From Octopus sinensis (Eukaryota), in contig NW_021824822.1 of the NCBI RefSeq assembly GCF_006345805.1, positions 1 to 17,568 on the forward strand: 17,568 bases of DNA. Reading direction: 5' to 3'. Positions 9,566 to 17,568 of this stretch are shown here, piece after piece. The notes under the pieces were generated by a model. The model made no database searches. It was not told the origin of the DNA and saw nothing but the letters and a program-made list of their open reading frames with translations. Each line of letters begins with the position of its first letter. The first letter of the stretch is position 1. The position numbers and the translations under genes are program-made.

Positions 9566-9828
9566 ACAGTCAATAGGAATCGGTTCATTCACTACAGCTG
9601 TTTCAAACGAGTTCTTCATTGGTGAATGGAGATATTACATCTTCGGCTGAAGCTAGCCAAGAATCATGAAGTGGTATATAACAATTCTTGGAAGATTTTT
9701 TAAGATGTTCAATTCGTGTATATTCACCTGAATAAACGTTTTTTTTTTCGTATGATTTAATTTCAATTCATCAGTAAAACAACTCGTTTGAAACAGCTGT
9801 AGTGAATGAACCAATTCCCATCTGTTGT
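9566..9828. mobile_element. 263-bp inverted-repeat element (MITE-like) flanked by TA
   Basis: Perfect 32-bp inverted repeat GGTTCATTCACTACAGCTGTTTCAAACGAGTT at 9582-9613 and 9781-9812, extending imperfectly to ~60 bp. TA at 9564-9565 and 9829-9830; no ORF. Confidence 0.7.
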
Positions 9829-9893
9829 TATATGTAAATGTGTGCGTGTTTGTGTATGTGTGTGTGTGTGTGTGTAGCAGTGGTTAGGAATAA

Positions 9894-10226
9894 TCAGTGA
9901 TTAGAAATAAAGGAATTATAGATTAGTTGCAACATGTTTGTGACATTTGGACATTTAAAGCTAAACTCATCGCAGTCATTGTGGTGAACATTGTTTTCTC
10001 TTATGGTAAAAGGAAATAAAACCACACCATATCTATCCAGTGCTTCGCGATATTGCCAGAAGGCCGTTTCTAGTTCTTTAGCCCTCCCCCATAGGGAGAA
10101 AGATAACAAAGGAAGATAACCCTGGGCAGATTCAATGCCTGTCCTGTGGATGCGAAAATTATGTGATCTAGCTATTCCATCAACGGTGCTGGACAATTTT
10201 CGTCTGGTACTGGGGCTTCTGCACTT
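9894..10226 (-). pseudogene. Open frame, possibly a decayed LINE reverse-transcriptase segment
   Basis: 111 stop-free codons in non-repetitive DNA. RRKLSSTVDGIARSHNFRIHRTGIESAQGYLPLLSFSL loosely resembles RxISVVVDGxxSxxFxIxSGVPQGSVLSPLLFxL, but no YADD motif follows. Confidence 0.25.
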
Positions 10227-10304
10227 TTATGTACATGAGATGCTCTCTGAACACAAAGATCGCAGTATTACGCTGTTCTTACAATACAGCTACGCTAAAT
10301 AAGA

Positions 10305-10534
10305 TTGTGTGTGCTTATTGAGAAAAAACACCTAAAGTTCCACGAGGCTCCGGCAGGGGGTTGTGGCGACACCTGTTGTACTCTTTCGCCACAACTTTAC
10401 CTCGCTCTCTCTCTCTTCCTGTTTCTTGAGTAACACTGCGATGGACTGGCATCCCGTCCAGCTGGTGGGGAAACACATACGCCACAGAAACCGGGAAACT
10501 GGGCCCATGAGCCTGGCTAGGCTTGAAAATGGCG
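10305..10534 (+). mobile_element. 5'-truncated SINE sharing its central part with the 13398 SINE but with a different 3' tail (OR1/OR2-like)
   Basis: 10305-10426 matches ~13475-13597 (TTATTGAG..AAACACCTAAA..CACGAGGCTCC..CAGGG..GTACTCTTTC..CCACAA..CTTCCTGTTTCT). It then diverges into CTGCGATGGACTGGCATCCCGTCCAG...AGAAACCGGG. Confidence 0.8.
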
Positions 10535-11264
10535 ACGTTTGTTTTATAGTACGTAATTTCTTAAAGATAAATATTTGCATTAAATCTTTGCACTCATCCA
10601 GGTTTAAGGTTGTTTAAAATATTTTTGGAAAATACCTCAAGGTTGTGTCAAGCAGAATATTGTGAGCATTTCCATAATATTCCAGCTCTGGTTTAACCTA
10701 AGAATAATACTAATTATATGTCAAACTAATCCCGATACAATTCTACATTGAATTATTTCTTATAATATTTTCTGGCGCTTTGCATTTGATACACTGCATG
10801 GAGCAATAGATTTCGTTGGATACGAAAGCAGCCAAAACAGAAAAATATTAATTTTCCCTGAAGAAGATCTGTTAACTCTCTTGCAAAAAATCTTTGCTTT
10901 CCAAAAACCTTACAAAAACAAGAGTAAAAAAAAAAGGAAACAATGAAAGGTTCTACTCAAGAATATGACTAGAGATGTCATCAAGGATAAATAACGCCAA
11001 AAATCAACTAAAACTGTCAGCAAAACACATCAACGGCCCCAATGTCAGAGAAAAAAAGAATAAGAAATAAAAAAAGGAGAGGAAAGGTGAGAGAGAGAGA
11101 GAAAGCGAGAGAGAGATAGAGAGATGTTGGCGGGAGAGATCTGGTGTTATAAAACCGCAAACCACAACTGATATAGTGATAAAATGAATAATTTTCTTTG
11201 GCTTTTCGAAAATCCATGTAAAATAAACAAGATGTAGATATCATTGCAGCGTAATTTTTTTTTG

Positions 11265-11305
11265 TCGCACACACATACACACACGTACGCACACACATCA
11301 CACAT

Positions 11306-11381
<76 letters not shown>

Positions 11382-11557
11382 ATGTGTAGTATATATATAT
11401 TATACACACACTCACAGTTGAGTGTTTCGTGTTGGTAGGGCAGTTTCCTTTCATGCTGTCAAAATAATGAAGATGCCTATTCATATTCTGCGCCTTGATT
11501 AATGCTACTGATGAACTTTATGCACGCATCCATATATATATATATATATATATGCAT

Positions 11558-11589
<32 letters not shown>

Positions 11590-11702
11590 ATATATATAGA
11601 TATATATATATGCATATATATATTATATATATACATATACATACAATATATATATGCTATATATATATATATTATATATATATATATACATGCATCTCTA
11701 TA

Positions 11703-11735
<33 letters not shown>

Positions 11736-11806
11736 GCCTATACATATATATACATACACATACATGTATATATATGCATGCATACATACATACATACATA
11801 CATACA

Positions 11807-11837
<31 letters not shown>

Positions 11838-12225
11838 GTATATCGGTATATATGCGCGTGTTTTCGTATCGCTTTTTTCCTCAGTTCTGGGGGTGAGAGG
11901 TAATACAACTGTAGATTCTCCTTCATCTTTGTGTGTGTGTGTGTGTGTGTGTTTGTCTATGTGTGCGTGTTTGTTGTGGGTGGTAGTGTGTATGTGTGTG
12001 TGCTTGTGTGCGGTTATTAGCGCCGGCGTGTGTGTGTTTGTGCGTGCCTGTGTGTGTGTGTGTGTGTGTTTTGTGTATGGGTGTTAGCGTGTGCGTGTGC
12101 GTGCGTGATTGTGTGTTTGTACTTGTGTATGGCCGTTAGCGTGTGCGTGCGTGTGTGTGTTTGCTTCTGTGAGGGTATTAGCGTGCGTGTGTGTGCTTGC
12201 GTGGTTATGTGTCTGTGTGTCTCTA
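11265..12225. repeat. Microsatellite field (CA)n, (TA)n, (TACA)n, (GT)n, interrupted by short unique islands
   Basis: Direct reading; unique islands at ~11410-11530 and ~11850-11930. Confidence 0.9.
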
Positions 12226-12689
12226 TATGAATTATATCATTACAATATTAGTCTTTTGTTTTTTTAACTTAATATTTCTTCCAAATTTTCCTGCAAATAA
12301 GATGATATCACAAGAAGAAGAAAGAGAAAAAAACCCCAGAAAATAAAAGAAATATAAATTATTTAAATATCCCATTCTTTACTTCATTGCATCTTCTGTT
12401 CAGGCAATCACCATAGTTCTTCTCATTTTTCTTCTTACCCTGGTAGAATTATAAGAAGACATACTTCTTAGATTAGTTTATGTGGATCAATATTGACATA
12501 TGAACCACGCAGACTATACACCATTATATACGAATGTCTATACATCCGTAGCTATACGCTTCCCGAAAATATCTAACAACGCGGCCATGTGTGTTTATAC
12601 GTCTAAAACATTTACGTATATATTTGTACGTATGTCTATGTTCTGGCAGATGTGTATGATTATTATTATTTGACTTTATATTAAGTGTT

Positions 12690-13110
<421 letters not shown>

Positions 13111-13397
13111 TATATCGTATGATCTGATCTTTGGAAACAGACACTCTTGTTTAAGACACACCGAATGTAGATGATATCACACAAAATTTGAAGGTTATTA
13201 ATAATCCATGTCATCTGAACGCTATTTAACTCTCGTTAATTCTCGTTACTTTCTCGTCCAATTTGCTTTCACATCTTCCAGTCTTGCCAGCTGCCAGCAA
13301 TTTGCACTGACAATAAAACACTCACCAATCAAAGAAACGGCCACCATCAATGGCAACAACAAAAGACTACTACTACTACTACTACTACTACTACTGT

Positions 13398-13791
13398 GGA
13401 GGCGCAAAGGCCCAGTGGTTAGCGCAACGGACCCGCGGTCGTAGGATCGTGGTTTCGATCCCCAGACCGGGCGTTGTGTGTGTTTATTGAGCGGAAACAC
13501 CTAAATGCTTCACGAGGCTCCAGCAGGGCGGGTGGGTTTCGAACCCTGCTGTACTCTTTCACCACAATTTTCTCTCTCACGCTTTCTTCCTGTTTCTCTT
13601 GTACCTGTATTTTCAAAGGAGCCAGCCTTGCCATACTCTGTCTCACGCTGAATCTCTCCCTCCACCCGAGAACTACGTTAAGGTTACGCGGGTCTGTGGA
13701 GTGCTCAGCCACTTGCACGTTAATTTCACGAGCAGGCTGCTCCATTGATCGCATCAACTGGAACCCTCGTCGTCGTAACCGACGGAGTCCC
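13398..13791 (+). mobile_element. Full-length tRNA-derived SINE (OR1/OR2-like, tRNA-Arg-like head) with (ACT)n tail
   Basis: A box AGGCCCAGTGG (13408-13418), B box GGTTTCGATCC (13451-13461), and a 3' stem-loop CGTCG-TCGTAAC-CGACG (13768-13784) directly before (ACT)n. The family name is from memory. Confidence 0.85.
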
Positions 13792-13804
13792 ACTACTACT
13801 ACTA

Positions 13805-13858
<54 letters not shown>

Positions 13859-13860
13859 AC

Positions 13861-13898
<38 letters not shown>

Positions 13899-14170
13899 CA
13901 CCACGACTACTACTACTACTAGTACTGCTACTATTACCGATACTACTACTACCGCTACTACTACCACTACTACTACTACTACTACTATTACCACTACTAC
14001 TATCACCACTACTACTACTACTACCACCACTGTTACTACTACTACCACAATCACTACTACTACTATCACTACTACTACAACAACCACCACTACTACCACC
14101 ACCACCACCACCACCACCACCACCACCACCACCACTACTACTACTACAACTACTACTACTACTACTACCG
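13792..14170. repeat. (ACT)-(AAT)-(ACT/ACC) triplet field
   Basis: Direct reading; a matching (CTA)n run at 13366-13395 lies on the other side of the SINE. Confidence 0.95.
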
Positions 14171-14324
14171 TTGCTACTCCACTGTTAGTTGTGTTGTTCT
14201 AGGGTGCATATGAGTTTTGTGTGTGTAGTTGTCATTGAGTTGAAGATTACACTTTAACTGGAAGATGTCCTTCAGTCGCCATGTCGTATCAAAGCTGCAA
14301 TGCAATTAATTCTTCTTACGTTGT

Positions 14325-14719
14325 TCTGCTTGTCGTTGTTGTTGCTGTTGTTGTTGTTGCTCCTGCTGTTGCTCTTATTGGTGCTGCTTCTGATGATGAT
14401 GATAACAATAATGATTATGATGATGATGATGAGGAGGAGGAGGAGGAGGATGTTGTTATGGCTGTTGTTGCTGTTGTTTTTGTTGCTGTTGTTGTTGCTG
14501 CTGCTCGTCGTTGTCGTCGTCGTCGTCATCATCATCATCATCACCTTCATCATCATCAATGCCATCATCATCATCATCATTGTCGTCGTCGTCGTCATCG
14601 TCGTTTATCATCATCATTGTCATCATCATCTTCATCGACATCGTCATCATCATCATCATCATCATCATTGTCGTCGTCATCGACGTCGTCATCATCATCA
14701 TCATCATCATCGTCATCGC

Positions 14720-14763
<44 letters not shown>

Positions 14764-14840
14764 ATCATTGTCGTCGTCGTCGTCATCGTCGTCGTCATCA
14801 TCATCATCATCATCACCATCGTCATCATCATCTTCATTAT
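14325..14840. repeat. Compound triplet microsatellite (GTT/GCT)-(GAT)-(GAG)-(GTT)-(CGT)-(CAT)
   Basis: Direct reading; it explains the poly-S/H/I/D/M ORFs in this interval. Confidence 0.95.
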
Positions 14841-14884
14841 CGTCAGCTGTATCTAGTACTTACCATTAAACCAGTTATCTGCAC

Positions 14885-14942
14885 TTCCGCAGTCGCTACG
14901 TTTGCATTTCATTCATTCGGGGGTCGAACACTGGAGTCGATG
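14885..14942 (+). mobile_element. Degenerate family A SINE fragment
   Basis: GTCGCTACGTT..TTGCATTTCATTCATTCGGGGTCGA..CACTGGAGTCGATGT matches the family A core with deletions. Confidence 0.55.
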
Positions 14943-14954
14943 TGCCATTTCTAC

Positions 14955-14985
14955 AGCAAAAGCAGCAGCAACAACAACAACAACA

Positions 14986-15043
<58 letters not shown>

Positions 15044-15112
15044 ATAATAATAATAATAATTAATAATAATAATAATAATGATAATAATAATAACAATAAT
15101 AATAATAATAAT
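14955..15112. repeat. Triplet series (AGC)-(AAC)-(TAC)-(TAA)
   Basis: Direct reading. Confidence 0.95.
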
Positions 15113-15380
15113 ATTCTGAAAACAGAAACAATTCCTATCATAGTAGGTGCATTAGGCATGATAAAAAAATATTCAGACAAATACATAACAAAAACACCAG
15201 GACTTACAAACACATATAACATACGGAAAATTGCACTACTAGGCAAGCACACATCCTACGCAGAACACTTTCCATACAATAACCATCAGAGCATCACAAC
15301 AAATCACAGCACATACCCAAGGCACACAGAGCTGCGCTCGGTAGTGAAGTGAAAGCACGCTATAAAAATAAAACTACTGA
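15113..15380 (+). mobile_element. R4/Dong-clade non-LTR retrotransposon 3' end embedded in (TAA)n
   Basis: ILKTETIPIIVGALGMIKKYSDKYITKTPGLTNTYNIRKIALLG, then a 1-nt frameshift at ~15246, then AHILRRTLSIQ* (stop 15280-15282). A ~100-nt 3' UTR ends in AACTACTGA. (TAA)n lies on both sides (15043-15112 and 15381-15510). Confidence 0.88.
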
Positions 15381-15454
15381 ATAATAATAATGATATAATA
15401 ATAATAATAATAATAATAAATAATAATAATATAATAATAATAATAACAATAATG

Positions 15455-15497
<43 letters not shown>

Positions 15498-15590
15498 TAA
15501 TAATAATAAAACCACCCTCCTCCTACTACTCATCCTCATCCTCCTCCTCCTCTTCATCATCATCATCACATCATCACTACCATCATCAAT
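15381..15590. repeat. (AAT)n then (CCT)/(CAT) triplets
   Basis: Direct reading. Confidence 0.95.
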
Positions 15591-15739
15591 ATTTTCAGCT
15601 ACAGCGGTACTATTAGTAGTTCCTCAACAGCTTTATGCGTGTCTTTATTGCCACAGCCAGGTGCCCCATCATCTTCTTGAGGTGCATGAATAATTAAAGC
15701 TCTAGAATCGAGTATTGATTAAATAAGCGTTTGTTTTCG

Positions 15740-15899
15740 GCTATGTGACAAATTAGCTGAGTTGTTAGAGTGCTTCTGAGAATGCCTCCCAGTAACTGTT
15801 CCGGCTGTGCGTGCTCTGAGTTCAAATTCAACCGCTACCAAATTTCTCTTTCATTATATCATGGGTCGAAGGTACCGAGCTGACAGAAACGTTAGCAGG
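15740..15899 (+). mobile_element. Old diverged family A SINE plus a ~30-nt isolated head (15869-15899)
   Basis: CTGAGTTCAAATTC B box at ~15816-15829 and GGGTCGA at ~15863-15869, then AAGGTACCGAGCTGACAGAAACGTTAGCA. Confidence 0.6.
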
Positions 15900-15900
15900 T

Positions 15901-16252
15901 TAAGGCGGTGAGCTGGCAGAATCCTTAGTACGCCGGGCGAAATGCTTAACGGTATTTCGTCTGCCGTTACGTTGTGAGTTCAAATTCCGCCGAGATCGAC
16001 TTTGCCTTTCATCCTTTCTGGGTCGATTAAATAAGAACCAGTTACGCACTGGGGTCGATACAATCGATTTAATCCGTTTGTCTGTCCTTGTTTGTCCTCT
16101 CTGTAGTTAGCCCCTTGTGGGTAGTAAAGAAATAAGTATTTTGTCTGCCGCTGCGTTCTGAGTTCAAATTCCGCCGAGGTCGACTTTGCCTTTCATCCTT
16201 TCGGGGTCGATAAATTAAGTACCGGTTACGCACTTGGGTCGATATAATCGAT
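15901..16252 (+). mobile_element. SINE family A dimer (full unit 15901-16134, head-less unit 16135-16252)
   Basis: TAAGGCGGTGAGCTGGCAGAA head and B box GAGTTCAAATTCC (15976-15988). The junction AAAGAAATA|AGTATTTTGTCTGCC re-enters at the position equivalent to +51 of the head (15951). Confidence 0.9.
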
Positions 16253-16298
16253 TGGATAAGTTCCATGCTGCGTTTATACAGCGTAGGAGTGAATGTGT

Positions 16299-16497
16299 AG
16301 GCGCTTGAGTGGCTGTGTGGTAAGTAGCTTTCTTACCAACCACATGCCTCCGGGTTCAGTCCCACTGCGAGGCACCTTGAGTAAATCTCTTCTACTATAG
16401 CCTTTGGCCGACCAAAGCTTTGTGAGTGGATAAAGAAACTGGAAGAAAGCAAAGCTTTGTGTGTGGATTTGGTAGATGGAAACGGAAAGAATCCCGT
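16299..16497 (+). mobile_element. CORE-like SINE, 5' half
   Basis: GAGTGGCTGTGTGGTAAGTAGC..CCGGGTTCAGTCCCACTGCG..GGCACCTTGAGTAAATCTCTTCTACTATAGCC..GGATTTGGTAGATGGAAAC, with a short internal duplication CAAAGCTTTGTG(A/T)GTGGAT. Confidence 0.8.
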
Positions 16498-16584
16498 GGA
16501 ATCGGTGGGGCGATGCATATCCTAAATCAGAAATATTAAACTTCTAAATATCTCATAGATATATGTACGGTGGTGGGGCGATAT

Positions 16585-16848
16585 AATGGTTGTATAATGT
16601 CAATTTAACGTGACAGTAGGGGATTACACCACCGCTGTTTAGCCCTAGGAAGCATCGACGCCTCCTGATGGCTTCAACACATTATTTTTCCTGTGTTCTT
16701 ATATATTTATTTCTCCCCTTCGTAAATATATAAAGACACAGGAAAAACAAATGTGTCGAAGCCATCAGGAGGCGTCGATGCTTCCTAGGGCTAAACAGCG
16801 GTGGTGTAATCCCCTACTGTCACGTTAAATTGACAGTATACAACCATT
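16585..16848. repeat. 264-bp near-perfect palindrome (125/126-bp arms, 13-nt loop)
   Basis: Arms 16585-16709 and 16723-16848, including a 78-bp perfectly paired stretch (16598-16675). Flanked by CGAT at 16579-16582 and 16849-16852. Confidence 0.95.
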
Positions 16849-16940
16849 CGATGCATATCCTGTTTGCAGGTAAATATTTTCGCAAATTATAGTGTGGCTT
16901 ACAACGCTTTGTTTACCCATGCTTTTTAATTGAACTGGAT

Positions 16941-17017
16941 TAAATGACTGAAACAAGTAAACGAGTAAAGAGTAAAGAGTAACGAAACAAGTAAACGAGT
17001 AAAGAGTAAAGAGTAAC
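16941..17017 (+). mobile_element. 3' tail of the CORE-like SINE with a perfect 34-bp tandem duplication
   Basis: TAAATGACTGAAACAAGTAA followed by GAGTAAA repeats; 16950-16983 is identical to 16984-17017. Confidence 0.75.
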
Positions 17018-17139
17018 AGTATTTACTATGAGTTCTTTAGGTTCTGAATTCGAATATCATCGAAGCCAAATTTAATCTCCTATGTCTAGAGACGATAATA
17101 TGAAGTACAAATCGGATATTGAGAATTGATATCGTCTGT

Positions 17140-17141
<2 letters not shown>

Positions 17142-17193
<52 letters not shown>
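17142..17193. repeat. (CT)n microsatellite
   Basis: Direct reading. Confidence 0.95.
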
Positions 17194-17194
<1 letters not shown>

Positions 17195-17272
17195 GCAAAT
17201 CTGAAGCCTATATAGCAAGCTGGATATCATTAGTTGTACGGTGGTGAGCTGGATAAGAAGTCGAGATGGTTA

Positions 17273-17480
17273 AAGTGGTGAGCAGGTGGAATCGTGAAAG
17301 CATCAGAAATAACTCGTTGTAGGATTCGTTGCGGCGCTGTAACATTTGAGTTCACACCACAGCAATGTCAACGTTACCTTTTTCATCGCACTGGGGTCGA
17401 TTAGATGTGGTCCCAGTTGACTGTTGGGGTTTAGGGTACGGACGAAATTCCTAGTCTCGTGGCTAAACCAGACACCAGTA
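17273..17480 (+). mobile_element. Highly diverged family A SINE copy
   Basis: AAAGTGGTGAGCAGG head-like start, TTTGAGTTCACACC B-box remnant, TTTTCATCGCACTGGGGTCGATT core, and an AAATTCCTAGTCTCGTGGCTAAA tail-like end. A similar remnant lies at ~17035-17115. Confidence 0.5.
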
Positions 17481-17568
17481 TTAGTCATAATGATGAAACA
17501 TCCCTCCATCCCCAACTCATTGGCTACTAAAACAACATATTGAGCGTTTTGGCAGCTTCTGTCTGTCT

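Noticed and set aside
9745-9775. Functional hammerhead ribozyme
   Set aside because: The core motifs are present, but the 10.1-11.1 pair is A-C, stem III is disrupted by an A-run and stem I does not pair. Kept only as an ancestry hypothesis.
11930-12225. GT-rich minisatellite with recurring TTAGCG motif
   Set aside because: Irregular spacing (about 40-70 bp) within (GT)n decay; no evidence of anything beyond a degenerate tandem repeat.
13398-13475. tRNA gene (also the heads at 3841, 15901 and 16299)
   Set aside because: A and B boxes are present, but I see no full cloverleaf, and each head runs into a SINE body.

Overview
AT-rich, repeat-saturated eukaryotic non-coding DNA (intron or intergenic), most likely from an octopus/coleoid cephalopod genome. 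That assignment is an inference from the SINE families I recognise from memory and the extreme microsatellite load. I can support no intact protein-coding gene. Nearly all ORFs in the supplied track are translations of di-, tri- or tetranucleotide microsatellites or antisense reads of SINEs. The window holds: (i) many copies of a tRNA-derived SINE (head TAAGGCGGCGAGCTGGCAGAA, B box GAGTTCAAATTCC), often arranged as one head followed by several head-less bodies joined at an invariant junction, with a 13-bp target-site duplication around a whole tetramer; (ii) a CORE-like SINE family with an internal (TA)n tract; (iii) two tRNA-headed SINE relatives (OR1/OR2-like) that share a 5' half but have different 3' tails; (iv) 3' ends of R4/Dong-type (restriction-like endonuclease) and CR1/L2-group non-LTR retrotransposons; (v) a 263-bp TA-flanked inverted-repeat element; (vi) a near-perfect 264-bp palindrome inserted with a 4-bp duplication. 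The most promising leads are the apparently self-targeting or multimerising SINE, the long hairpin insertion, and retroposons sitting inside microsatellites identical to their own tails.
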